DNA of 64,000 bases from NCBI GenBank assembly GCA_001512865.1, contig LFSY01000101.1:26486-90485 (forward strand), in the 5' to 3' direction. Origin of the DNA: Rikenellaceae bacterium DTU002. GTDB taxonomy: Bacteria; Bacteroidota; Bacteroidia; Bacteroidales; UBA932. The notes below the pieces were generated by a model. It did no database searches and had not been told where the DNA came from. It was given only the letters and a program-made list of their open reading frames with translations. Shown one piece after another: positions 53,670-62,887 of this stretch. A program made the translations under genes and the position numbers. How positions within the stretch are numbered: the first letter of the stretch is position 1; every line of letters starts with the position of its first letter.

Positions 53670-55124
53670 ATGGACATTATCAATCTCAAACCCCAAAGAG
53701 TCTGGAAACATTTTTATTCACTGACACAAATCCCCCGTCCTTCCAAAAAAGAAGAGAAGGTGCGCGCTTTCCTGGCAGAATTCGGCAGAAACCTGGGGCT
53801 GGAGACTGTCGTGGACCCCACGGGGAACGTGATCATCCGCAAACCAGCCACGCCCGGTATGGAAAACCGCAAGGGGATCATTCTGCAGGCACATATGGAT
53901 ATGGTTCCCCAGAAAAACAACGCGACCGAACACGACTTTGAAAAGGATCCCATAAAACCAAGGATCGAAGGGGAATGGGTATATGCTACCGGAACAACGC
54001 TGGGAGCAGACAACGGCATGGGCGTAGCCGCAGCCATGGCTGTTCTGGAGGCCCGTGATCTGGTTCATGGCCCGGTAGAAGTGCTCATTACCACGGACGA
54101 AGAAACCGGCATGACCGGTGCCAGGGGCCTCCGTGCCGGTGAGCTGCAGGGTGATATCCTGTTAAACCTTGACTCTGAGGACGAAGGAGAGTTGTATGTA
54201 GGATGTGCCGGCGGTGAAGACGGATCCTTTGAAATGGAATACCGTCCTGTTCCCGTTCCCCGGGGATGGGAAAGCGCTCATATAAATATCACAGGTCTGA
54301 AAGGAGGCCATTCGGGCATGGACATCATACTGGGAAGAGGGAACGCCAATAAGATAATGGTCCGTATTCTCCACAGACTCCTGGAAACATGCGACATCCG
54401 CATAGCTTCTGTGGAAGGGGGGAACCTGCGGAACGCCATCCCGCGCGAAGCCGATTCTGTGATCTGTTTTGCTCCCGGGAAACAAGATGCCGTAAGAAAG
54501 GAAGTGGAGGAGATCGCCTCTGTCGTTCAGGCGGAACTGAAAGACGTCGATCCGGGCCTGCAGGTTACGGTTTCTGCCTGTGACGCACCGTCGGGGATTA
54601 TTCCCGAAGACCTGTCCCTTAAGGTTATCCGAGCCGTTTACGCAGCTCCCAACGGGGTATGGGCTATGAGCACCCCGATGCCCGGATTGGTGGAAACCTC
54701 TTCCAACATGGCCATTTTCAGGGCAAAAGAAGGAAAGATTGCAGTACATTGCCTGATCCGCAGCCTGGTCGATACGGCCAAGGAAGATATGGGAACCGCA
54801 CTGGCATGCTGTTTTGCAAACATCGGGGCAAACGTGTCTTTTTCCGGTTCCTATCCGGGATGGAAGCCAAATATGGATTCCCCCATTTTGAAAGTGATGC
54901 TCGACACGTACAAAAAAATGTACGGTCAGGAAGCAAAAGTCAAAGCGATCCACGCAGGGCTGGAATGCGGCATCCTGGGAGGCACATATCCCAACTGGGA
55001 CATGATCTCCTTCGGACCCACGCTCCGTTCTCCCCACTCGCCGGATGAACGCTGCCTGATACCTACCGTTCAGAAATTCTGGGATTTGTTGGTGGAAACA
55101 CTAAAAAACGCGCCCGTAAAGTAA
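53670..55124 (+). CDS. pepD: Aminoacyl-histidine dipeptidase (M20C, PepD)
   Basis: 484 aa. PRPSKKEEKV, LQAHMDMV, GADNGMG, TTDEETGMTGA, and C-terminal HSPDERC are PepD motifs. Confidence 0.92.
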   Translation: MDIINLKPQRVWKHFYSLTQIPRPSKKEEKVRAFLAEFGRNLGLETVVDPTGNVIIRKPATPGMENRKGIILQAHMDMVPQKNNATEHDFEKDPIKPRIEGEWVYATGTTLGADNGMGVAAAMAVLEARDLVHGPVEVLITTDEETGMTGARGLRAGELQGDILLNLDSEDEGELYVGCAGGEDGSFEMEYRPVPVPRGWESAHINITGLKGGHSGMDIILGRGNANKIMVRILHRLLETCDIRIASVEGGNLRNAIPREADSVICFAPGKQDAVRKEVEEIASVVQAELKDVDPGLQVTVSACDAPSGIIPEDLSLKVIRAVYAAPNGVWAMSTPMPGLVETSSNMAIFRAKEGKIAVHCLIRSLVDTAKEDMGTALACCFANIGANVSFSGSYPGWKPNMDSPILKVMLDTYKKMYGQEAKVKAIHAGLECGILGGTYPNWDMISFGPTLRSPHSPDERCLIPTVQKFWDLLVETLKNAPVK

Positions 55125-55158
55125 CGGGCCCGAAGGACAGTTTATAAAAAAATTTGCC

Positions 55159-55193
55159 GGGCTGCAGGAATTTCATATCTTTGCAGCCCTTTT
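55159..55193 (+). terminator. Hairpin plus T-run downstream of pepD, overlapping the rpsF promoter box
   Basis: GGGCTGCA (55159-55166) pairs with TGCAGCCC (55182-55189). The loop is 15 nt, and TTTT follows at 55190-55193. Confidence 0.5.
55176..55183 (+). promoter_or_regulatory. -7 promoter box (TATCTTTG) for rpsF-rpsR-rplI
   Basis: Exact TAnnTTTG match, 35 nt upstream of the rpsF ATG. Confidence 0.55.
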
Positions 55194-55218
55194 ACAATTT
55201 AATTAATAACCAATCACT

Positions 55219-55647
55219 ATGTTAAAACAGTACGAAACCGTTTTCATTTTAACTCCCGTTTTGTCTGAAGTTCAGATGAAGGAAGCGGTTGCCAAGTTTC
55301 GTGATATGATCGTTGCCGGTGAGGGCGAGATCGTTTACGAACAGGATTGGGGGCTGAAAAAACTGGCTTACCCCATCCAGAAGAAAACCACTGGTTTTTA
55401 CCATTTGATAGGATTCAAAGCTACCCCTGAGTTCATAGCCAAGCTGGAACTCCAGTACCGCAGGGATGAGCGCGTAATCCGGTACTTGACTTTTGCAATG
55501 GACAAACATGCCATTGCGTATGCAGAAAAAAAACACGGCCCGGCCAAGGAAGACGTACCTGTTCCCGTAAAGGAACAAAAGCCCGCTCCCAAACCTAAAA
55601 AACCGGTCGTTGATGAAGACGTTGAAATTATTGAAGAGGAGGACTAG
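55219..55647 (+). CDS. rpsF: 30S ribosomal protein bS6 with an extended acidic/proline-rich tail
   Basis: [24 protein letters not shown]...[19 protein letters not shown] is canonical bS6. The tail is ...[22 protein letters not shown]. Confidence 0.96.
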   Translation: MLKQYETVFILTPVLSEVQMKEAVAKFRDMIVAGEGEIVYEQDWGLKKLAYPIQKKTTGFYHLIGFKATPEFIAKLELQYRRDERVIRYLTFAMDKHAIAYAEKKHGPAKEDVPVPVKEQKPAPKPKKPVVDEDVEIIEEED

Positions 55648-55650
55648 TAT

Positions 55651-55917
55651 ATGGCAGCAAACAATGAAATTCGTTTTTTGAACCCTCCTACAGTAGAGGT
55701 TAAAAAGAAAAAATACTGCCGTTTCAAAAAGGCAGGGATCAAATACATAGACTATAAGGATCCCGAATTCCTGAAACGCTTTCTGAACGAACAGGGAAAG
55801 ATACTGCCCCGCAGACTTACCGGTACTTCATTAAAATATCAGCGCAAAGTGGCCCAGGCCGTCAAACGTGCCCGCCACCTGGCCCTGCTGCCCTACGTAA
55901 CCGATTTACTTAAATAA
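55651..55917 (+). CDS. rpsR: 30S ribosomal protein bS18
   Basis: 88 aa. [63 protein letters not shown] is canonical bS18. Confidence 0.97.
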   Translation: MAANNEIRFLNPPTVEVKKKKYCRFKKAGIKYIDYKDPEFLKRFLNEQGKILPRRLTGTSLKYQRKVAQAVKRARHLALLPYVTDLLK

Positions 55918-55930
55918 GGAGGGAGCGATT

Positions 55931-56383
55931 ATGGAAATTATCTTGAAACAGGACGTACCCAATCTGGGGCTCAAAGATGACGTTGTCAATGTACGCAACG
56001 GATATGCCACCAATTACCTTATTCCCCAGGGAATGGCCATCATGGCCACCTCCTCGGCAAAAAAAATGCATCAGGAAAACATCCGCCAGCGTGCCCACAA
56101 AGAGGCGCAGGTACGTGATGAAGCCCAGGCGCTCGCAACAAAACTGGCTGCATGCCAGGTAAGGATCACCACTAAAGTGAGCAGTAACGGAAAGGTTTTC
56201 GGATCTGTAAACAACATTCAGGTTGCCGAGGCACTTGCAGCCCAGGGTCTTGAGGTGGACAGACGCAACATTGCATTCACGGGAGGAGAAGCGCTTAAGG
56301 AAGTTGGTGTACACGAGGCTGTTATAAAAATCTACCGGGATATTACCGCTACAATAAATGTAGAAGTGGTAGGCGAGGAATAA
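55931..56383 (+). CDS. rplI: 50S ribosomal protein bL9
   Basis: MEIILKQDVPNLGLKDDVVNVRNGYATNYLIPQGMA is canonical bL9. AAGGAGG lies at 55916-55922. Confidence 0.97.
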   Translation: MEIILKQDVPNLGLKDDVVNVRNGYATNYLIPQGMAIMATSSAKKMHQENIRQRAHKEAQVRDEAQALATKLAACQVRITTKVSSNGKVFGSVNNIQVAEALAAQGLEVDRRNIAFTGGEALKEVGVHEAVIKIYRDITATINVEVVGEE

Positions 56384-56404
56384 ATTGAATTTTGAGTTGA
56401 GAAG

Positions 56405-56429
56405 GAACCCGGGAATCCCGGGTTTTTTT
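56405..56429 (+). terminator. Intrinsic terminator after rplI
   Basis: AACCCGGG-AAT-CCCGGGTT stem-loop followed by seven T residues. Confidence 0.85.
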
Positions 56430-56430
56430 G

Positions 56431-56438
56431 TATCTTTA
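56431..56438 (+). promoter_or_regulatory. Near-consensus -7 box (TATCTTTA) for glyA
   Basis: One mismatch to TAnnTTTG. It lies directly after the terminator, 20 nt upstream of the glyA ATG. Confidence 0.35.
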
Positions 56439-56458
56439 CTGATTAATTTTTATTTGCT

Positions 56459-57739
56459 ATGAAACAGGACATTGCTCTTTTTGATCTTATCAGGAAGGAG
56501 GAGAACCGTCAGGCTAACGGAATTGAGTTGATAGCCTCTGAAAACTTTGTGAGTCCACAGGTACTGAAAGCCATGGGGTCTGTACTTACAAATAAATACG
56601 CCGAAGGGTATCCGGGAGCGCGTTATTACGGGGGATGCGAGGTGGTGGACAAATCCGAGCAACTATGCATTGACAGGATATGTGAACTGTTTCAGGCCGA
56701 ATATGCGAACGTGCAACCCCATTCGGGAGCACAGGCCAATATGGCGGTATTTCTTGCCTGCCTGCAGCCCGGAGACACCTTCATGGGTCTTGACCTGGCA
56801 CACGGGGGACACCTTACCCACGGTTCACCGGTCAATTTTTCGGGAATCCTTTACCGTCCGGTAGCCTACCGGCTGGACCCTGAAACCGGACTGATCGATT
56901 ACGACCAGATGGAGCGGCTGGCCCTGGAACACCGTCCTAAAATGCTCATTGGAGGAGGCTCGGCGTATTCCAGGGAGTGGGATTACAAACGTATGCGTGA
57001 TATCGCCGACAAGGTGGGAGCTGTCTTTATGGTAGATATGGCTCATCCTGCCGGACTGATCGCTGCCGGCTTGTTGGACAATCCCCTGAAATACGCACAT
57101 ATAGTAACTTCGACTACCCACAAAACACTACGCGGACCCAGAGGGGGGATCATCCTCATCGGGAAGGATTTTGAGAATCCATGGGGAATCACTACCCCAA
57201 AGGGCGAGATTAAAAAAATGTCCGCCATGATCAATTCCAGTGTGTTTCCCGGAGTTCAGGGAGGACCCCTGGAACATGTGATCGCAGGAAAAGCCGTGGC
57301 GTTTTTTGAAGCGCTGCAACCTGAATTCAAAGAATATCAGAAGCAGGTACAAAAGAATGCACAGGCAATGGGGGCTGCCTTTATCAAACGTAATTACACC
57401 ATTGTTTCCGGAGGAACGGACAACCATCTGTTACTGATTGACCTGCGTTCCAAATTTCCCGAATTGACCGGGAAAGAAGCTGAGAACACTTTGGTGAAGG
57501 CCGATATTACGGTGAACAAGAACATGGTACCCTACGATTCACGTTCCCCGTTCAAGACTTCCGGGATACGTGTGGGATCACCCGCCGTAACAACCCGGGG
57601 TTTGAAAGAACACGATATGGAATCGATCGTTGTCCTGATCGATGAGGTCCTGGGCAGTATGGACGACCTGACAGTCATTGAACGCGTAAGAAAAAGGGTG
57701 AAGGAACTTATGGGCGGGTTACCCCTGTACGCCTGGTAA
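56459..57739 (+). CDS. glyA: Serine hydroxymethyltransferase
   Basis: 426 aa. [38 protein letters not shown] and the PLP-lysine motif [15 protein letters not shown]. Confidence 0.97.
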   Translation: MKQDIALFDLIRKEENRQANGIELIASENFVSPQVLKAMGSVLTNKYAEGYPGARYYGGCEVVDKSEQLCIDRICELFQAEYANVQPHSGAQANMAVFLACLQPGDTFMGLDLAHGGHLTHGSPVNFSGILYRPVAYRLDPETGLIDYDQMERLALEHRPKMLIGGGSAYSREWDYKRMRDIADKVGAVFMVDMAHPAGLIAAGLLDNPLKYAHIVTSTTHKTLRGPRGGIILIGKDFENPWGITTPKGEIKKMSAMINSSVFPGVQGGPLEHVIAGKAVAFFEALQPEFKEYQKQVQKNAQAMGAAFIKRNYTIVSGGTDNHLLLIDLRSKFPELTGKEAENTLVKADITVNKNMVPYDSRSPFKTSGIRVGSPAVTTRGLKEHDMESIVVLIDEVLGSMDDLTVIERVRKRVKELMGGLPLYAW

Positions 57740-57765
57740 ACTATTATTAACCAATATTCAGAACC

Positions 57766-58485
57766 ATGAGAAAATTTTTTATGTCCATTGTTCTGTTAGC
57801 AGCAGTAATCCTGCTGCCCTCAGGAATGTTTGCTCAAACTGTGTCCAGAGGCGTTGTTAAGGCTGTAATCGGATCAGATCTGAACAGTGTGTTGCCTGAC
57901 GATGTTGTATATATGTATCCCGAGTTTCAAAAAGGCACCGTGTTGTTTAATGACAGAAGCACTTCGGAAGGCATTGTAAATCTTTACCTTATTGGATCCC
58001 ACATTCATTTTATAGGTCCGGACGGAGACACCCTTGCCATGAAGGATCAGGATACGGCCCGGGTCCTTTCCATAGGTAAGGACACTTATATCCGACATGA
58101 CAAATGCTGGGTAAGACTCCTGTCAGTTCAGGGTTCGCTGGCCTTTGGAATACGTTCTACAGTCCACATAGAACAGGCCCAGAAAATTGGTGCGTACGGC
58201 ATGACGGAAGCTACGGCATCCATTTCCAATGTCGCTATGTTACATGATATTCCGGGAGCGCCTTCACATGCTGTTTATCTGAAGACCTTGCGCAATATTC
58301 CATACTCGGTAACACACGATGCGCTACTCTACGACGGCAGTAAAATCTTCATGGCTACACGGAAGAATTTCCGGAAGCTCTTCCCTGAAAAAAAAGATCT
58401 GGTAAAAACTTATATCAAGGACAATAAGCTGGATCTGACAAAGGCACAGGATGCTTTGCAACTATTTAACTTCCTGAACCTGTAA
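57766..58485 (+). CDS. Hypothetical secreted protein (239 aa)
   Basis: Signal peptide (LLPSGMFAQ). I recognise no family. By eye it is more AT-rich than its neighbours. The 3' end overlaps the convergent gene by 24 nt. Confidence 0.55.
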   Translation: MRKFFMSIVLLAAVILLPSGMFAQTVSRGVVKAVIGSDLNSVLPDDVVYMYPEFQKGTVLFNDRSTSEGIVNLYLIGSHIHFIGPDGDTLAMKDQDTARVLSIGKDTYIRHDKCWVRLLSVQGSLAFGIRSTVHIEQAQKIGAYGMTEATASISNVAMLHDIPGAPSHAVYLKTLRNIPYSVTHDALLYDGSKIFMATRKNFRKLFPEKKDLVKTYIKDNKLDLTKAQDALQLFNFLNL

Positions 58486-60657
58486 TTGTTTGCGTTGCAA
58501 GACCGGTGTCACCCTTCTGGCATTGAACGGAATGGGTTGTTTTTCTTTTGTCGTCCCGGGTATTTGATCCTCTGCCTTATCCCTGGAACCTGCCGGGAAT
58601 TCCTGCAGCGGAATAAAGGGATTGATTTTGTTTTCCGTCTCCCTTCTGTTTAATTCTTTAACGGCATCTATGGTTACCCCGGTACGAAGTGTTGACGGCA
58701 GGGCGTGTACGGTCGGGAAATATTTAAGTGTAAAGGGGAACAACGGTTCTTTGCAGGCTGTCTCCGGCCGGGGAGTGGCGTCCCTGATACCGCGGGAAGT
58801 GATCGCATACCTGTCCCCGGGTCTTTCTTCCGCCCTCCAGTTGAAATCGCCCAGACGTTCCTGGTCTTTTTTCAGTTCATAGAGCGGGATCATATCGCTT
58901 TTTACCGATTTTTTATATGTTATCCGCTCGGCTCTTCTGTCTTTCAGCATTACGCTCATTTCTTCACATTCCTTAATATTCAGGGACGTGATGATACTGT
59001 CTTCCGGTATGTAGAAGAGGGCCTTTGCGTTTTTGACGGCATCGAACCGGTAGATGTCGTTGCCACGTATATGGGCGAACATGATATCCGATTTGATCTG
59101 GTGGAAAAAAGTGACTTCTTCCTGTGATATGAGGAATGCTTTGGAAAGAAGATCAACCCTGTAGAGGGAATCCCTGCTGAAACGGAATTGAATGCTGTCG
59201 GCACTCAGCTGGCTTTCCTCATTCCAGAGAACGGGCCTGCCGTATTGCCTGAGAACAGAGTCTATGCTATTGAAAACCATAGAATCGCATACAGATTGAA
59301 GATCACTTTTATACACTTTTACGTTTTTGTATCCGTAAAAAAAATGTACTTCCATGGTATTGAAAAGACTGTCTCCAAGGTGCTGTACTGCGGCATGCAG
59401 CATACTGTCGGTTTTTGCAAGGAATGACTGGATATCTGCCGAATCGGCGCGGAAATAACTTGCTGCCGCTATACTTGTCGGATCGGTGACGGTATCTTTG
59501 ACAGCTTTCGGGCTTGCCGATTCTTGAATCTTTCCCGGATCTGCTGCAGGAATGGAGGTGGAATCCGGAGAAACAAGGGTGTCTGTCGGGCCCTGGGGCT
59601 TCTTCCTTTCCGGAATGTCCTGCCGTTCAAATGCCCGTACACGCTCCAGGGAGTCCATGTCTCCGTAAGTGGAAGTGAATATGCGCAGCGTATCGGCTCG
59701 CATAAAAAGGGTGTCTGTCTTGCCCGTTTCCCGGTCAATTTCCCAGGTTATGAAAACCGGGTCTTCCGTAACCTGACCCCAGTCCGGTTCCCTTCGGAAA
59801 TCCAGCCTGTCTCCCAGCACAAGGACCTGCTGGGTGGTATCGCGGACCTGCACGTTTCGCCGTAATATCCCTGAATTGTTATTCCGGTTGTAATGAACGT
59901 CTTCCGCCCATATTTCCTGTTCTTCCGTCCTGATGAAAACATTGTCAGTAAAATGGAACAAGGCTTCTTCCCTTTTGTAGGTGCCTTCTTCGGCAGTGAG
60001 AAAGCCGTCTGTGTGCCATGCCTGTACGTTTCCCCAGAATTCCGCAAGGTTCAGGTCGGTATGGTAGTACAACGAATCGGCTTTGACTTTGAGCGTATCG
60101 GTTCCCATTTCCACGTGTTCGTACAGACAGAAAAGTTTTTCTTTGGAATAGTAATACCCCCGGCGGCTTTCCAGAAGGGTGCCTTCGTTGTCCACCATAC
60201 TGCCACCGTTGAAAAAATATCCGATACTGTCCTTTGTATTGAAATTCAGATGTTGGGTACGTAGCCTGTTGCCTTCCTTGTCCAGCAGTTCCACGACCCG
60301 GCCCCTTACTTCTGCCGTGTTCAGATCTCCTATGTAATGAATGGTTTCCCCCGTCAGCCTGGTCCCTTCCTGAATGATCTGTACATTGCCTGTGGCGTCA
60401 ATCACATTTTCGACTGTATTCCATATGGCCGTATCGCACAGGATGTACGTGTCGTTATGCAGGAACCGGGCAGGTCCGGTAACCTTCCGGTAATTTACTC
60501 CGAACTGCTCATACATTTCGGCCATTTGTGCACTTATCAGATGCACCTTTTCTTCCTCGGTCCGGTCCCTTTTAACCGTTTGCCCCAGGACGTCGTACCG
60601 GGTGAAGATGAACCCGGTCAGGCAGACCAAGAATAGCAGAACCCGGATTTTTTTCAT
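58462..60657 (-). CDS. OstA-like (LptA/LptD N-terminal-domain) repeat protein
   Basis: About 731 aa with a signal peptide. Repeated OstA-like beta-jellyroll segments are present (e.g. ...ATGNVQIIQEGTRLTGETIHY..., ...FWGNVQAWHTDGF...). A central Pro/Ser/Thr-rich linker is present. The ATG at 60657 shares 1 nt with the upstream stop. Confidence 0.65.
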   Translation of the reverse strand: MKKIRVLLFLVCLTGFIFTRYDVLGQTVKRDRTEEEKVHLISAQMAEMYEQFGVNYRKVTGPARFLHNDTYILCDTAIWNTVENVIDATGNVQIIQEGTRLTGETIHYIGDLNTAEVRGRVVELLDKEGNRLRTQHLNFNTKDSIGYFFNGGSMVDNEGTLLESRRGYYYSKEKLFCLYEHVEMGTDTLKVKADSLYYHTDLNLAEFWGNVQAWHTDGFLTAEEGTYKREEALFHFTDNVFIRTEEQEIWAEDVHYNRNNNSGILRRNVQVRDTTQQVLVLGDRLDFRREPDWGQVTEDPVFITWEIDRETGKTDTLFMRADTLRIFTSTYGDMDSLERVRAFERQDIPERKKPQGPTDTLVSPDSTSIPAADPGKIQESASPKAVKDTVTDPTSIAAASYFRADSADIQSFLAKTDSMLHAAVQHLGDSLFNTMEVHFFYGYKNVKVYKSDLQSVCDSMVFNSIDSVLRQYGRPVLWNEESQLSADSIQFRFSRDSLYRVDLLSKAFLISQEEVTFFHQIKSDIMFAHIRGNDIYRFDAVKNAKALFYIPEDSIITSLNIKECEEMSVMLKDRRAERITYKKSVKSDMIPLYELKKDQERLGDFNWRAEERPGDRYAITSRGIRDATPRPETACKEPLFPFTLKYFPTVHALPSTLRTGVTIDAVKELNRRETENKINPFIPLQEFPAGSRDKAEDQIPGTTKEKQPIPFNARRVTPVLQRKQLQVQEVK

Positions 60658-62021
60658 TATTTGATCCAACCTTCCCGTTTGAAAGCACAATCCCTGAAGA
60701 GGGGATCAATACGGATGTATGTGGTCTGTTGTTTTTCTTTGATGAAATTTTCTATGGCATCCTGCATCTGGCGGTTGTTGGCCATATTCCGAATGGTATT
60801 GTAGTCGTCTTTCAGGTTGGCTGTGTGTGAGGGAATGATCTTGTCCAGGCGAATGATTTTGTAGATCACGTTTCCCTCGCGACCTTCGTTGTCACGACTT
60901 TCAAAAGCAGTTGATATGTCACCTTCTTTCATATTCCTCAGAACGTTGTAATCATTTGTCTTGAGCTGGTCCTTTTCGAAGAGGTGGGCTCCTGTGTTCT
61001 GATCTGCCATGCGGCCTCCGTTTAGCCTCGAGGGCGGGTCTTCAGAGTACAGCAACGCTGCCCTTTCAAAGGTGATGCTGTCTGTTTTGATGACGTTGGC
61101 TATGCTGTCCAGCCGGTTCAGGCTTTTCACCCTGTCGGAGGTCAGCACATCGGGTTTGAGCAATATGTGACGGGCGTTGAACATGTCTCCTTCCCGTTCT
61201 ATCATTTGTATAAGATGGAACCCGTCGGGGGTTTCTACGATCTGTGACACCTGCCCCTCCTTCAGGACAATGGCGGCATCGCCGAAAGCAGGCCAGTACA
61301 TCTGTTTGGCAGCCATCCCGAGCTCTCCGCCCCTGCGTGACGAGTAGGGATCCTGCGAATACAATGCAGCCAGTGTGCTGAAACGTTCTCCGTTCATGAT
61401 CCTTTCCCTGAATTCAAGCAGGCGTTCCTTCACCATCAGGACGGCTTCCTCCTTGGGAGGATACAGAACTATCTGGCTTAACTGGTATTGTGCAGGAATT
61501 ACGGGCAGGCTGTCCTTGGGTGTCCGCGTGTAAAATTCTTCAATATCCTTAGGGGTAAGTTCGGGGATATTTTCGGTTATGGTAGATTGCATGTCACGTG
61601 TAAGGCTCTGTTCGCGGAACAGCTCCCGCCATTCCTGTTTGAGCTTGAAAACGGGTTTGCGAAAATATTCTTCCGTGGCTTTTTCGCCACCCAGGCGTGT
61701 TTTGATATCCTGGAGCCTGTTTTCCAGTTCCAGCTCAACATATTCTTCATTTACTGTAAGACTGTCCAGCCGGGCCTGGTTCAGCATCAGTTTGGAAACC
61801 AGCATGTTTTCCAGCAGTTCGCATCGAAGGTTCTTGTCTGTAATGATTCCCTGCATCATTTGCATCTGGACCTCTTCTTCGATCGTGGATAGCTGTATCA
61901 TTTCATTGCCCACAAGGGCGATTACTTTGTCAACCAGGCCATTGCCGTATTTTTGCCCATAGGCGGAGGTCGCTGCCGACAGCAAGATCAGCATGCAGAT
62001 TGCCGGTTTATGAATCTTCAT
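60657..62021 (-). CDS. SurA-like periplasmic chaperone / parvulin-type peptidyl-prolyl isomerase
   Basis: 454 aa with a signal peptide and a SurA-N-like domain. Two parvulin-like segments are present (...GGELGMAAKQMYWPAFGDAA...GFHLIQMIE..., ...GGRMADQ...). Confidence 0.8.
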   Translation of the reverse strand: MKIHKPAICMLILLSAATSAYGQKYGNGLVDKVIALVGNEMIQLSTIEEEVQMQMMQGIITDKNLRCELLENMLVSKLMLNQARLDSLTVNEEYVELELENRLQDIKTRLGGEKATEEYFRKPVFKLKQEWRELFREQSLTRDMQSTITENIPELTPKDIEEFYTRTPKDSLPVIPAQYQLSQIVLYPPKEEAVLMVKERLLEFRERIMNGERFSTLAALYSQDPYSSRRGGELGMAAKQMYWPAFGDAAIVLKEGQVSQIVETPDGFHLIQMIEREGDMFNARHILLKPDVLTSDRVKSLNRLDSIANVIKTDSITFERAALLYSEDPPSRLNGGRMADQNTGAHLFEKDQLKTNDYNVLRNMKEGDISTAFESRDNEGREGNVIYKIIRLDKIIPSHTANLKDDYNTIRNMANNRQMQDAIENFIKEKQQTTYIRIDPLFRDCAFKREGWIK

Positions 62022-62877
62022 CCTTTTTGTAGATTTTTATTATTTGTTTGTTCCAGCCTTCTTTTAAAACCTCGTTTTCCAGATCCTTGAGCAATTGCTG
62101 CTTTCTTTTGCTCAAAATGATCTGCCGAATATTTCCCTCTATATGCTCAAGGGGAGCAGGATACCGGGCGGGAATAAAATCGGTAACGGACACCAGGTAC
62201 GCGTAAAGACTGTCCCGTGTATCAATGTAGCCGTCGGGTTTTACCGCCTCCAGCACCGCTTCTGTTCCAAGGGGCAAATCTTGTGCCAATTCGGGAGCCG
62301 TGATCCAACGGCCCGCATAATCGGTGTAGATCTCGGCGGAACTTTCACATAATCTTCCTAGCTGTGTAAGGTCTTCAATGGTTTTTGAACGGTAAATGTT
62401 CCTGACCATGGGCAGGTAAGGAGAATGCAGCCTCATCTTGATGGAACGTACTTTGAAAAGAGGGGCGTCCAGCAGGAACAGATCCCGGTTTTCCGAATAG
62501 TAAGTACTGATCTCGGTGTCCCGGATAAGCGTATCAATGCGTTCTTCCACGTATTTTTTCTGATAACGGAATACGAGAAGGGATTTCCTGTAGTCCGCCA
62601 GTTCCTGTTCCACATCCTTTTCGTCTTTTGAGAGTTCGCTTTCTGCTTTTTTTAACAGCAGGTTGTCAATGGCCCACAGATCAATGTAATGAGTGACCAT
62701 GTTTACCGAATCTGAAGGAGTAAGGGATCCGGGCAGCAGTCCTTCCACATCTTTTCTGTAAAGGATCTCTTTCCCTATCTGCGCCATCCGTTCCGGTTCG
62801 TTACCAAACCAGCGTTTTAGCTGACGGCAGGAACCCAGGGTTGCCACAGCAAGCAATATGAGCAGGCATTTTTTCAT
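62008..62877 (-). CDS. Lipoprotein, probable SurA/PpiD-like chaperone-domain protein
   Basis: 289 aa with the lipobox LGSC. Helical chaperone-like N-terminal region. It overlaps the SurA-like gene start by 14 nt and lies just downstream of guaB. The family call is weak. Confidence 0.5.
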   Translation of the reverse strand: MKKCLLILLAVATLGSCRQLKRWFGNEPERMAQIGKEILYRKDVEGLLPGSLTPSDSVNMVTHYIDLWAIDNLLLKKAESELSKDEKDVEQELADYRKSLLVFRYQKKYVEERIDTLIRDTEISTYYSENRDLFLLDAPLFKVRSIKMRLHSPYLPMVRNIYRSKTIEDLTQLGRLCESSAEIYTDYAGRWITAPELAQDLPLGTEAVLEAVKPDGYIDTRDSLYAYLVSVTDFIPARYPAPLEHIEGNIRQIILSKRKQQLLKDLENEVLKEGWNKQIIKIYKKDEDS

Positions 62878-62887
62878 GAGATCTGGT

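Noticed and set aside
56384-56458. Possible riboswitches or leaders upstream of glyA, the TonB-dependent receptor (16497-16580), the thiamine diphosphokinase operon and the nucleoside transporter.
   Set aside because: The intergenic regions are only about 55-85 nt. They are already accounted for by a terminator or promoter box, which leaves them too short for THF, cobalamin, TPP or purine aptamers. I noticed no conserved aptamer core motifs.
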